Origin: Veterinaerplatzvirus T145P1
Reading direction: 5' to 3' (one strand)
Length of the DNA: 45,509 nt
Sequence record: OZ035793.1
The notes below the pieces were generated by a model that saw only the letters and a program-made list of their open reading frames with translations, made no database searches and had not been told where the DNA came from. Positions 9,657-19,304 of the stretch are shown here, piece by piece. A program made the position numbers and the translations under genes. Position 1 is the first letter of the stretch, and each line of letters opens with the position of its first letter.

Positions 9657-9971
9657 ATGGCAAAGTTCAAACTTTCACTGGCAGCACTCCCAGACTTTAA
9701 GCTACCAGTAAAATTTAAGCTGGCTAACGACCAGGATGTAGAGGTTATCTTTACAGTCAAGCATAAGAAAACATCTGAGTTGCAGGAGCTGCTTAGCAAG
9801 GAAGACTTGAGCACAAAAGAGCTTATTATGGCAATTGCTTCTGATTGGGATCTGGAAGAAGAATACAACGAAGATAACGTTAATGAGTTCTCAGACCTTT
9901 TCCCGGCCTCAACTGTTGCACTGACAACTGCTTACATGCAAGCGCTTGCTGGTCAGCGAGTAAAAAACTAA
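9657..9971 (+). CDS. tail assembly chaperone (lambda gpG-like)
   Basis: 104 aa acidic protein immediately upstream of tape measure; ends in slippery heptamer A_AAA_AAC. Confidence 0.7.
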   Translation: MAKFKLSLAALPDFKLPVKFKLANDQDVEVIFTVKHKKTSELQELLSKEDLSTKELIMAIASDWDLEEEYNEDNVNEFSDLFPASTVALTTAYMQALAGQRVKN

Positions 9972-10291
9972 AACGAGCGGTGTATCTACAGTACCAGTCA
10001 GAGCCAACTGATGCCGAACTGGAAGCTATTGGGATGCGCCGCTCTGATTACGAAGATGAAGAGCCTGAGGTTTTACACTTCGACGACAACATGATGAAGG
10101 CGTGGGACATTTATTGTTCAATGGCTACGCAGTGGAGAGTAGGAGCCAATGGAGCTACAGGGTTAGATTACAACGTGCTAAATTTCCTCTTTAGAGTGTA
10201 TAATGTTTCTGAAGAAGAATTGGTACTCAGCGATTTACGCATCCTTGAAGCTAAGGCTCTTGAGATGATGGATAACCTGAGAAAAAAATAA
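9657..10291 (+). CDS. tail assembly chaperone frameshift fusion (gpGT-like), -1 frameshift at 9962-9968
   Basis: Heptamer a-aaa-aac (9962-9968) lies in the 0 frame just before the stop; the -1 frame is open from 9968 to 10291 and is the same frame as ORF 9980..10291. Confidence 0.6.
9962..9968 (+). other. -1 programmed ribosomal frameshift slippery site A_AAA_AAC
   Basis: Canonical X_XXY_YYZ heptamer in frame with codons AAA AAC, 1 codon before stop of the G-like ORF. Confidence 0.6.
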
Positions 10292-10312
10292 CCCGCTTCG
10301 GCGGGTTTTCTA
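10291..10312 (+). terminator. intrinsic terminator/attenuator
   Basis: ACCCGC-ttcg-GCGGGT plus TTTT. Confidence 0.6.
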
Positions 10313-10326
10313 TTATGGAGGCTTAG

Positions 10327-13308
10327 ATGGCAACAAATGAATTAGCCGGAATCACACTAGCCGTAGATGTTTCGCAAGTAGACAGGGGAACGCAATCCCT
10401 GCAAAAGTTCAGACAGGCAAACCAGCAAGCCGCTTCCGGTATTAGTGAATTCGTCAACGCTGAGCAGGTTGCTAAAAACCAGGCGAGAGATACGGCTCGT
10501 GCACTTTCTGAGCAGCAAGCGTCACTAGCTAAATTGCAAACAGCTATCGACCCAACTGCTGCAAAGTTCCGCAAGCTGCAAGAGGCAGCGGTGGGTCTTG
10601 ATAAGGCATTCGCTGCTGGCGTAGTTCCTGACGAGGAATTTTTCCGCTTAGGTGAGGCGCTAGAAACTCAAAACGCAAAACTTGCTCGTTCACGTGCGGC
10701 GCTAACTGAAGAGGGTAGGGCGGCAGCGCAGGCTGCAAAGGATAAGGCAAAAGCAAAGGCTGAAGCGGATAGATTCATTGCATCACTTGAGCGTCAGGCT
10801 CAAGCGGCAACATTGACGCGTGAGGAGTACTTAAAGTTACAAGCGGCCCAGCTTGGCGTTAGTTCTCAGGCAGCACCCATCATTGACAGAATCGCCGACG
10901 CATCACAGAAGGCAAACACCCAGTTAATTGCTCAGAGTAAGGCTTTTCAGAAATCAGGATTAAGCGCCGGGCAATACAAGAATGCCATATCTCAACTACC
11001 AGCGCAGATTACTGATATTGGCACGTCGCTTGCTGGTGGCATTCCGATTTGGCTTATTGCAATTCAGCAAGGTGGGCAGATCAAGGATGCATTTGGCGGC
11101 ATTGGTAACACCTTTAGATTCGCACTTGCAGCCTTAAACCCATTCAATGTAGCTGTTGGTGTTTTGGGTGGGGTACTTGTAGCTCTTGGTGTTGGTGCGG
11201 CTCAGGCTGAAAGTGAATTCAGAGCATTAAACTCTGCCATTGCATTTTCCAACAACTCTACAATCGCATCAATCTCGCAGGTTAGAGAGTTGGTTAGCTC
11301 TGTTTCTGATGCAACAGGTGCCACCAGAGGGCTTGTGACTAGCATCGCAACAAGCCTTATTGAGCAAGGGAACCTTACGCTGACGCAGATTGACAAGATT
11401 ACTAAATCGACCGCAAGATGGGCGCAGTTGACAGGCAAGGATGCGAAGGAAATTACTGGTTACTATAACCAGATTGCGAGCGACCCAATACAGGGATTGG
11501 TTGATTTGGATAAGCGCTTTAACTTCCTCACTCAGGGGCAGTTGACGACAATCGAAAACCTGAGAAAGACAAAGGGAGAGGTCGAGGCCGTTACCGCCGC
11601 AATTGACATTTTCAGCAAGTCGCAGGAAGCAAACCTTAACGACATAGCAGCGCAGTTAACTCCACTTGAGTTAGCCTGGAATGACTTTAGAAAGTACATC
11701 TCTGACATTTGGGATGCAATTAGCCGCAGAACGGTTGGGGCGCTAAACCTGTTTGTTGACGTAATTGCCGGAACAATTGAGCAGATCAGGGTCTTCATTA
11801 ACCAGGGTGACGTACTGATTGGTGAATTCGTAATTAGCGCAACGCAAGCGCTGCAAAACATTCCTGGTCTTGATGGTGTTGGTGATGACGTCATAAAGAG
11901 CCAGCAGAAGATTATCGATGCAGCCAAGAAGCAAAACCTTGAGCTAGAAAAGTCTATCAAGGAGCGCGATGCCAGAATAAGAGAAGGAGAACTTGGTTAC
12001 GTTACTCGCAGAGAAAATCAGAATACCAATGAGCAGTCAGGCACGGATGAGGAGTTTGCAAAAAGGAAGAAGGCGCTTCAGGATGAACTTGATGCGATCA
12101 AGAAGAACAGGAAAGAAGAAAATGGCAGGGTTAAAGAGCAAAGAGACCTTACAATTGGTTACGAATCTGGCGTACTGGCACTTCAGGCTCAACTCAAGGT
12201 TCTTCAGGAAAATAGGGATATTGGCGCAGTAATAAGTAATGAGCGCAAGCAGTATCTTCATGATGAAGCCAAATTCAGGATTCTTGAGCAGAGGCAGCTT
12301 GATGGTTCAATCACCAAAGAGCAGTCAAGACTTCTTCTTGAGAAGGATAAAGTCCTCGAATTGGCAAGGCAGAAGGCTGAACTTGGAGATCAGATTGTTT
12401 TGCAGGAGCGAGCCAATAAGTTAGCTGAAGATAACCGCAAGAAGATTCTTCAGATTAACAACGAAGCAAAAAACATTGATTTGGGGGCTGGTCTATCTTC
12501 TCGTGAACAACAGAGAGCCAAAGAGATTCAGGCTCTTCAGTCCAATCAGGTTAATGCTGGTGGCGCAATTGATGACGTGGATTTTCAGCAGCTTCTCGAG
12601 GCAAGACGTAACTTTTATGCTCAGGAAGATGCGTTACGTGAAAACTGGCTTGCTGGTGTGAACCAATCCTTTGCTAATTGGGCTGAGAGCGCGACGGATG
12701 CATTCTCAATTGCTGGAAGTTTAACCACCACAGTATTTGAAGGCATTACTGACCAGATTACTGACCTTGTAACAACTGGTGAAACTAACTTCAGAGAGTT
12801 CACTGTTAACATCCTTAAACAGATTGCTAAGATTGCGGCTCAGCTTCTTATTGTTAAGGCTATCGAGTCTAGTTTAAGTAGCTTTGGTGGTACTGGTGGC
12901 GCGATTGGCTCTATCGCATCTGCGATTGGTGGTGGATTCGCTAACGGTGGTTATACTGGTAATGGAGGGAAATACCAACCAGCAGGAACCGTACACCGTG
13001 GTGAGTTTGTATTCACAAAAGAAGCAACTAGTCGAATCGGTGTTAAGAACCTTTACGCTCTAATGAAAGGTTACGCAAACGGTGGTGTCGTTGGTGGTCC
13101 CTCTGGCTATGCAAATGGTGGCTTGGTTTCTGGAGGCACAGATGTTAATGTTAGTGGAATTACGGTTAACGTTAATAGTGGAATTGGAAGTGACCCAGAG
13201 CAGGCCAAGGCGCTGCAAAATGGCGTTAAGGCAATTGTAGCTGAAGAGATTTCTCAGTCTTTCCAGCAGGGTGGCAGAGCTTATCAGTACCTGCGCGGAT
13301 TTAACTAA
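10327..13308 (+). CDS. tail tape measure protein
   Basis: 993 aa, long Ala/Gln/Glu-rich coiled-coil N-terminal half, Gly-rich C-terminus; position after G/GT. Confidence 0.85.
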   Translation: MATNELAGITLAVDVSQVDRGTQSLQKFRQANQQAASGISEFVNAEQVAKNQARDTARALSEQQASLAKLQTAIDPTAAKFRKLQEAAVGLDKAFAAGVVPDEEFFRLGEALETQNAKLARSRAALTEEGRAAAQAAKDKAKAKAEADRFIASLERQAQAATLTREEYLKLQAAQLGVSSQAAPIIDRIADASQKANTQLIAQSKAFQKSGLSAGQYKNAISQLPAQITDIGTSLAGGIPIWLIAIQQGGQIKDAFGGIGNTFRFALAALNPFNVAVGVLGGVLVALGVGAAQAESEFRALNSAIAFSNNSTIASISQVRELVSSVSDATGATRGLVTSIATSLIEQGNLTLTQIDKITKSTARWAQLTGKDAKEITGYYNQIASDPIQGLVDLDKRFNFLTQGQLTTIENLRKTKGEVEAVTAAIDIFSKSQEANLNDIAAQLTPLELAWNDFRKYISDIWDAISRRTVGALNLFVDVIAGTIEQIRVFINQGDVLIGEFVISATQALQNIPGLDGVGDDVIKSQQKIIDAAKKQNLELEKSIKERDARIREGELGYVTRRENQNTNEQSGTDEEFAKRKKALQDELDAIKKNRKEENGRVKEQRDLTIGYESGVLALQAQLKVLQENRDIGAVISNERKQYLHDEAKFRILEQRQLDGSITKEQSRLLLEKDKVLELARQKAELGDQIVLQERANKLAEDNRKKILQINNEAKNIDLGAGLSSREQQRAKEIQALQSNQVNAGGAIDDVDFQQLLEARRNFYAQEDALRENWLAGVNQSFANWAESATDAFSIAGSLTTTVFEGITDQITDLVTTGETNFREFTVNILKQIAKIAAQLLIVKAIESSLSSFGGTGGAIGSIASAIGGGFANGGYTGNGGKYQPAGTVHRGEFVFTKEATSRIGVKNLYALMKGYANGGVVGGPSGYANGGLVSGGTDVNVSGITVNVNSGIGSDPEQAKALQNGVKAIVAEEISQSFQQGGRAYQYLRGFN

Positions 13309-13338
13309 TTAACGGGGCTTCGGCCCCTAAGGATTTTT

Positions 13339-13689
13339 ATGGCAATAGATAATTTTACATGGTGTACACAAATCCAGAATGGTGGAGCTGCATTTTCCAA
13401 TACAAACAATGTTCGTATTGTTAGCTTTGGCAATGGTTTTGAGCAAAGAGGAACAGGGGGCTACCGCAGTAATAAGCGCAGCTACCAGATGACCTATACA
13501 AACAAGGACTGGCGTGAGGTTATGGATTTCTGCTTCAATCACATCATCACACCATTCTTCTGGAAAACACCGCAAGGTGATACTTCTATGTTTGTTATTC
13601 AGCAGGATAGCATTTCAGTTACACCAATTAGTAGCGAAGTTCAGACTGTAAACATGCAATTCGTAGAAGTTTTTAGCTCAATGCGTTAA
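13339..13689 (+). CDS. minor tail protein (lambda gpM-like)
   Basis: 116 aa, first gene of an M-L-K-I-J-like tail-tip block after the tape measure. Confidence 0.6.
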   Translation: MAIDNFTWCTQIQNGGAAFSNTNNVRIVSFGNGFEQRGTGGYRSNKRSYQMTYTNKDWREVMDFCFNHIITPFFWKTPQGDTSMFVIQQDSISVTPISSEVQTVNMQFVEVFSSMR

Positions 13690-13693
13690 ACTA

Positions 13694-13716
13694 AGCCCCT
13701 ATATGGGGCTTTTTGT
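13694..13716 (+). terminator. intrinsic terminator/attenuator
   Basis: AGCCCC-tatat-GGGGCT plus TTTT. Confidence 0.6.
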
Positions 13717-13727
13717 TGGAGAAATAT

Positions 13728-14483
13728 ATGTTAAGTCCAAAGTTTGAAAATCAGTTGCAAAGCCTTTTCCCTGGTGAGATTGTGACACTAATCCAGGTTG
13801 ACGGCACGTCCTTCGGGGGTCTCGTTTATTCGTTCCACAATGAGAACATCTCATACACTCCAGAAGAAATCATGCTGGCTCAAATGAATGGCGAGCCACT
13901 ACCAGAGAAAACCATCACATTTCGTGGTGAAGAGTACGGGCCTAGACCATTTGGAATCTCTGGCATAAATATGACTTCTGACGGAAAGGCCAATAAGGTT
14001 ACATTAACGGTATCAAACGTTGACCAGCGTATTAGTGCGTTAATCCGAACATACAACGGACTTGTTAAAGCTAAGGTTACAATCTGGATTACTACGCGCG
14101 ATAACATCAATGAGGATGGAAGCATTGCTGACGGGGACTATCGCAGATTCGTTTACTTTATTGAGCGACCGAAGCAGGTTGACTACAAGACCGCATCGTT
14201 TGAGCTAAGCAGCCCGATGGATATGGATGGTATTTATATCCCCGCAAGACTTGTTCAGTCTGTTTGCTATTGGGCTTCTAGGGGTTGGTATCGCAGCGGT
14301 AATGGATGCGACTACGCTGGCAATCGTTATTTTGACAAAGACGACAACCCGGTCAGTGATCCGTCTCTAGATTTCTGCGCCGGAACAGTTAATAGCTGTA
14401 AGATTAGATTTGGAGAGAATAACCAGCTTTCATTTGGTGGATGCGCAGCAGCAAGCCTTCAAGCTAAAGCGAATCAGAGCTAA
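13728..14483 (+). CDS. minor tail protein (lambda gpL-like)
   Basis: Start trimmed to ATG 13728 behind ggag (the upstream TTG lies inside the terminator); C-terminal Cys cluster as in gpL. Confidence 0.7.
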   Translation: MLSPKFENQLQSLFPGEIVTLIQVDGTSFGGLVYSFHNENISYTPEEIMLAQMNGEPLPEKTITFRGEEYGPRPFGISGINMTSDGKANKVTLTVSNVDQRISALIRTYNGLVKAKVTIWITTRDNINEDGSIADGDYRRFVYFIERPKQVDYKTASFELSSPMDMDGIYIPARLVQSVCYWASRGWYRSGNGCDYAGNRYFDKDDNPVSDPSLDFCAGTVNSCKIRFGENNQLSFGGCAAASLQAKANQS

Positions 14484-14492
14484 GGGGGAACA

Positions 14493-15251
14493 ATGTTAAC
14501 ACCAAAAGTTAAACTGGAAATCTTCCAGCACGCAAAGGAAGTTTACCCGCATGAGTGCTGTGGAGTTGTTACGCAGAAGGGTCGCGCTCAGAAGTATCAC
14601 AGAATCACCAATGTCAGCAAGGACCCGGAGAATGAGTTTATCCTTGATTCGAATGAGTATGCAGATGTTCTCTTTGAGTTGGCTCACAATGAATCTATTG
14701 TTTACGTAGTTCACTCTCATACGGGTGATGGCGCAACAACAAGGCCTAGCCCAGCGGATATTTGCAGCTGTAATGAATGCGAGGTTCCTTACGTTATTGT
14801 AAGCATCCCAGAGTTGGACATGAGAATCCTTGAGCCTTCAACTATGCCACTGATTGGTCGCCCGTGGGGTTTGGGTAGCTTCGATTGCTGGGGGCTGGTG
14901 ATGAATTTCCACAAGAAGTACGGCGTCAAACTGAATGACTATCGCGTTAATTACCCATGGTGGGAGAAGAAGTACAGCGAAAATATCTATGACGACAACT
15001 GGATCAAGGAAGGCTTTGAGCTGGTAAAAAATTCGGATATTCCTATTGGCTCAATGATTATGATGCAGGTGCAAAGTGAGGTGACAAACCACGCAGGAAT
15101 CTACATTGGCAACAACAGATTCATTCACCATCTTTATGGTAAAATGAGTTCCATTGATATCTACTCCGATTACTGGCGCGAAAGAACAGTGCGAATTGTT
15201 CGCCATAAGGATTTACCAGAGGATGTAAGTTATGACCCAGAAACTGATTGA
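14493..15251 (+). CDS. tail assembly protein (lambda gpK-like; JAMM/MPN + NlpC/P60)
   Basis: N-terminal PHECCG...HSHTGDG metalloprotease-like motif and C-terminal Cys...His segment (DCWG ... HAGIYIG). Confidence 0.8.
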   Translation: MLTPKVKLEIFQHAKEVYPHECCGVVTQKGRAQKYHRITNVSKDPENEFILDSNEYADVLFELAHNESIVYVVHSHTGDGATTRPSPADICSCNECEVPYVIVSIPELDMRILEPSTMPLIGRPWGLGSFDCWGLVMNFHKKYGVKLNDYRVNYPWWEKKYSENIYDDNWIKEGFELVKNSDIPIGSMIMMQVQSEVTNHAGIYIGNNRFIHHLYGKMSSIDIYSDYWRERTVRIVRHKDLPEDVSYDPETD

Positions 15252-15804
15252 TATTAAGTTAGGCCTGTCTCTAGGTAGGAGGTTTGGCAAGGTTCACCAA
15301 ATGGCAGTGAGTAGCGTGCCAGAAGCAATGCGAGCGCTTTGTTCTCAGATTCCATCCTTCAAAGAGTTCATGAATAGCCATGTAGGGCAAAACACAAGAT
15401 ATGCTATTTTTGTGGATGGTAAAAATGTGAACGAGCATCGAATTGCTGATTTTAGTGCCGTTCAGGAGATACGCATCTTGCCAATTCCACAAGGTCGTAA
15501 GTCTGGAGGGTTATTTCAGACAATACTTGGTGCCGCACTAATCGTTGTTGGTGTTGTATTCCAGCAATACTACCTTGTTGGTGCAGGTATCTCTCTTGCT
15601 GCTGGCGGCGTAGCTCAGTTGCTATCACCTCAAGCTACTGGATTGAAAGACCAGAGCAACCAGACAAGTAACAGGGCGTCATATGCATTTGGCTCGGCTG
15701 TGAACACTGTAGCTGCTGGTTATCCAGTTTGTCTTCCGTATGGATATCGAACGGTTGGCGGTTCTGTGTTTAGTGCGGGTTCATATAGTGAAGACATTGC
15801 TTAA
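15232..15804 (+). CDS. tail assembly protein (lambda gpI-like)
   Basis: Overlaps K-like gene; C-terminal hydrophobic Gly/Ala/Val-rich segment; position before J. Confidence 0.6.
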   Translation: MTQKLIDIKLGLSLGRRFGKVHQMAVSSVPEAMRALCSQIPSFKEFMNSHVGQNTRYAIFVDGKNVNEHRIADFSAVQEIRILPIPQGRKSGGLFQTILGAALIVVGVVFQQYYLVGAGISLAAGGVAQLLSPQATGLKDQSNQTSNRASYAFGSAVNTVAAGYPVCLPYGYRTVGGSVFSAGSYSEDIA

Positions 15805-15812
15805 ATATCATA

Positions 15813-15834
15813 CCCGCCTAGTGCGGGTTTTTTA
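15813..15834 (+). terminator. intrinsic terminator/attenuator between I-like and J-like genes
   Basis: CCCGC-ctagt-GCGGG plus T7. Confidence 0.65.
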
Positions 15835-15845
15835 TTTAGTGTAGA

Positions 15846-18800
15846 ATGGCACAAATGATCAAAACAAACATGAGGCTTTGTGATATGGCTGAAGATATTA
15901 AGATTTATGGTGCTAAGGGTGGTAGCCAGAAGCAGCACCAACCAGTGGAACAAGAAGACAACCTGATTTCATTAAACAAGGTCAAGGTATTACTTGCGGT
16001 TGCTGACGGCGAGGTTGACCCTAACTTCTCAATGAAAGATTTATACCTTGCTGACGTTCCGGTGCAAAACCAGGATGGTAGCTACAACTATGATGGTGTT
16101 CGCGCTGAGTTCCGTGCTGGCACGCAGTATCAGGACTATATCGCCGGGCTTGACGGTGCTAACTCAGAGATTCAGGCATCCAGAGAAATCAAGAACGATA
16201 CCCCGTACATCATTGCGGTTAACAATACTCAGCTTTCAGCAATTCGAGTTAAGCTATTTTGGCCTCGACTGGTTAAGCAAGAAAACAACGGAGACCTGAA
16301 CGGAACAACTTGCGAGTACGCAATTGACCTTTCTGTTAATGGTGGTGCTTACCAGGAATACACTCGCGGAGTTGCTAACGGCAAGACAACTACAGGTTAC
16401 GACCGAAGCATTCGCGTAAACCTTCCGGCAGAGTTTGATAGTGCGCTTGTTCGCATCCGTAAGATTACAGCTGACTCAACGAGCAGCACACTGGTTAACG
16501 GAATGCAGATTACAACCTATCAGGAAGTAATCGACGCCAAATTCCGCTACCCGCTTACGGCTCTGGTCTATGTTGAGTTTGGTTCTGACTTGTTCCCTAA
16601 CGGCATCCCGACAATCTCAATAAAGAAGCGTTGGAAGCTAATTCAGGTACCGACAAACTACGACCCGGAGACAAGGACTTACAGCGGGACATGGAATGGC
16701 TTATTCAAGATGGCATGGTCGAATAACCCGGCATGGGTTCTCTATGACCTGGTGACAAACCGACGCTATGGGCTTGACCAGCGAGAGTTGGGTGTAGAGA
16801 TTGATAAATGGGGCTTGTATGAAGCCGCGCAATTCTGTGACCAGATGGTTCCAGATGGTAAGGGTGGTTTAGAGCCGCGTTACCTTTGCGATATGGTTGT
16901 GCAAAACAAGGTTGAGGCCTACACGCTAATTCGTGATATCTGCTCAATCTTCCGTGGTCTGACTTTCTATGACGGTGAAAAGATTGGTATCGTGGTTGAT
17001 AAGCCTCGCAACCCATCTTACATCTTCACCAATGATAACGTTGTAAACGGATTGTTCAGTCGAACCTTTGCCAGTGATAAAAGCCTTTACACCACGGCAA
17101 ACGTCCAGTTTGATGATGTAGAGAACAACTATCAACAGGATGTTGAGCCGGTATTTGAATTAGAGGCAACTCGTCGTTTTGGATTTAACCCTGTAGATTT
17201 AACTGCGATTGGATGCACTCGCAGAAGTGAAGCAAACAGACGTGGCAGATGGCTCCTGAAAACAAACCTGAGAAGCGAAACTATCAGCTTCACTACTGGG
17301 TTGGAAGGTATGATTCCGATGATTGGCGAGGTAATTGCGGTCAATGACGCTGCATGGTCTAGCAACTATCAGTTAAACCTTTCCGGTCGTATTGAGTCAG
17401 TTCAGGGGTTGCAGGTTTTTACCCCTTTTAAAGTTGACGCAGCGCCTGGTGACAGAATTCTTCTGAACAAGCCAGACGGAAGTCCAGAGGCAAGAACTAT
17501 TGCCAGCGTTTCGGAGGATGGAAGAACAATCAACCTTAACACTGCTTTTAGTTTTGTAGCTCAACCTGACACTGTTTTCGCAATCGATAAGGATAATCTC
17601 GCGCTTCAACAGTATGTTGTGACCGGGATTCAAAAAGCAGATTCTGATGGCTCTGATTCATTCCAGTATACGATTACCGCAGTAGAGTATGACCCGAACA
17701 AGTATGATGAGATTGATTATGGTGTAAACATTGTTGACCGCCCAACATCAATTGTTGAGCCTGATAGATTGTCGCCACCTGAGAACTTAACAGTATCAAG
17801 CTACAGTAAGGTTGTTCAAGGGTTGTCAGTTGAGACGATGGTTATCGGATGGGATAAAGCTCCATACGCTAAAACATACAATGTTCAGTGGAGGAAAGAA
17901 AATGGCAACTGGATTAACGTACCCAGAACGGCAAGTACAGAGGTTGATATCGAAGGTATTTACGCAGGAATCTATGACGTTAGGGTTCGCAGCGTATCAG
18001 ATACTGAAAACGTGTCTGCCTGGTCTGGCATTGTAACCGTATCGCTAACTGGCAAGATTGGTCGCCCATCGGCACCTACTGTTATCACGGCATCAACAGA
18101 TGAGGTATTTGGCATCCGTGTTAAGTGGGGTTTCCCTGAGGGTTCTGGTGACACTGCTTACACTGAACTTCAGCAGGTCCCTGATAATGGTGACGGCACT
18201 TACAATCCTGATAACGCAAGTTTGCTGACGTTACTGCCTTATCCAGCCTATGAATACTGGCACACGCCAATTCAGCCGGGTAAGGTCATCTGGTATCGCG
18301 CAAGATTGATTGACAGAATCGGCAATACCTCTGATTGGTCTTATTTCGCTAGAGGTATGAGTACTGACGACGCCAACATCATCAACGATTATATCAAGGT
18401 TGATATTGAAGGCTCGGAGGGTTTTAAATACCTAGAGCAGAATGCGATTCAAAAGAACCAGGACATTCAGAATCAAGCCGAGGCAATCATCGAGAACGCG
18501 CTGGCTAATGATGGCGATGTTCGTCGCATGACTAAGGAGAACGGCAAGCGTAAGGCTGAATATGTTCAGGCTGTGAATCTCATAGCTGATGAAACTCAGG
18601 CGCGTGTAGAGGCTCTTACGCAGCTTAAAGCGCAGATTGATGATGAGGTTGTTTCATCGATTACAGAAGTTCAGACTGCATTAGCAACAGAGACAGAAGC
18701 AAGAACTACTGCGGATACGGCTCTATCAGCAAGACTTGGTGAAAACGAGGCTGCACTAAACCAGAAGCTGGACGCTTTTTCTAACGCCACATCGACTGGT

Positions 18801-19271
18801 GTACAGTATGGGATTAGTCTTGGCCTGAAATACAACGGACAGACTTATTCATCCGGCATGAGTATGGAGCTTGTTGGCACTGGTGGGAATGTTCGCAGTC
18901 AGTTCATCTTTGACGCAAACAGATTCGCAATCAGTAACGGCATTGGTTCTGGTTCCGGTCAGTGGCAACTCCCATTCGTTGTAGAGAATGGAAACGTAAT
19001 AATCCAAAGCGCAGTAATCGGCGATGGCTCAATTACTAACGCTAAGATTGGTAATATAATTTCATCAAATGATTATGTGGCAGGCTCTCAGGGATGGGCG
19101 ATACTGAAAAGTGGTGCGTCAGAGTTCAATAACACAACTGTAAGGGGCAATCTTTACGCTAACAATGGTAACTTTGCTTTTAACGGAACCAATAACACGG
19201 TTCAGATTAACAATAACGGAATCACTGTAAACTTACCGAACGGAGGAAGAGTGGTAGTTGGAGTGTGGTAA
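15846..19271 (+). CDS. central tail fiber / host specificity protein (lambda gpJ-like)
   Basis: 1141 aa; recalled similarity to lambda J in the region VPTNYDPETRTYSGTWNGLFKMAWSNNPAWVLYDL...CDQMVPDGKGGLEPRY; start may instead be ATG 15885. Confidence 0.85.
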   Translation: MAQMIKTNMRLCDMAEDIKIYGAKGGSQKQHQPVEQEDNLISLNKVKVLLAVADGEVDPNFSMKDLYLADVPVQNQDGSYNYDGVRAEFRAGTQYQDYIAGLDGANSEIQASREIKNDTPYIIAVNNTQLSAIRVKLFWPRLVKQENNGDLNGTTCEYAIDLSVNGGAYQEYTRGVANGKTTTGYDRSIRVNLPAEFDSALVRIRKITADSTSSTLVNGMQITTYQEVIDAKFRYPLTALVYVEFGSDLFPNGIPTISIKKRWKLIQVPTNYDPETRTYSGTWNGLFKMAWSNNPAWVLYDLVTNRRYGLDQRELGVEIDKWGLYEAAQFCDQMVPDGKGGLEPRYLCDMVVQNKVEAYTLIRDICSIFRGLTFYDGEKIGIVVDKPRNPSYIFTNDNVVNGLFSRTFASDKSLYTTANVQFDDVENNYQQDVEPVFELEATRRFGFNPVDLTAIGCTRRSEANRRGRWLLKTNLRSETISFTTGLEGMIPMIGEVIAVNDAAWSSNYQLNLSGRIESVQGLQVFTPFKVDAAPGDRILLNKPDGSPEARTIASVSEDGRTINLNTAFSFVAQPDTVFAIDKDNLALQQYVVTGIQKADSDGSDSFQYTITAVEYDPNKYDEIDYGVNIVDRPTSIVEPDRLSPPENLTVSSYSKVVQGLSVETMVIGWDKAPYAKTYNVQWRKENGNWINVPRTASTEVDIEGIYAGIYDVRVRSVSDTENVSAWSGIVTVSLTGKIGRPSAPTVITASTDEVFGIRVKWGFPEGSGDTAYTELQQVPDNGDGTYNPDNASLLTLLPYPAYEYWHTPIQPGKVIWYRARLIDRIGNTSDWSYFARGMSTDDANIINDYIKVDIEGSEGFKYLEQNAIQKNQDIQNQAEAIIENALANDGDVRRMTKENGKRKAEYVQAVNLIADETQARVEALTQLKAQIDDEVVSSITEVQTALATETEARTTADTALSARLGENEAALNQKLDAFSNATSTGVQYGISLGLKYNGQTYSSGMSMELVGTGGNVRSQFIFDANRFAISNGIGSGSGQWQLPFVVENGNVIIQSAVIGDGSITNAKIGNIISSNDYVAGSQGWAILKSGASEFNNTTVRGNLYANNGNFAFNGTNNTVQINNNGITVNLPNGGRVVVGVW

Positions 19272-19278
19272 TAAATAA

Positions 19279-19304
19279 AGCCCCTTAATTGGGGCTTTTC
19301 TTTT
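19279..19304. terminator. bidirectional intrinsic terminator
   Basis: AGCCCC-ttaatt-GGGGCT flanked by A-rich (5') and T-rich (3') tracts, between convergent genes. Confidence 0.7.

Noticed and set aside
55-12812. Numerous short ORFs antisense to or nested inside long genes (e.g. 55..267, 852..1055, 1831..2145 -, 3223..3636 -, 10323..10574 -, 11532..11960 -, 16705..17016 -)
   Set aside because: Embedded within well-supported structural genes, no RBS or promoter, compositionally biased; treated as frame noise.
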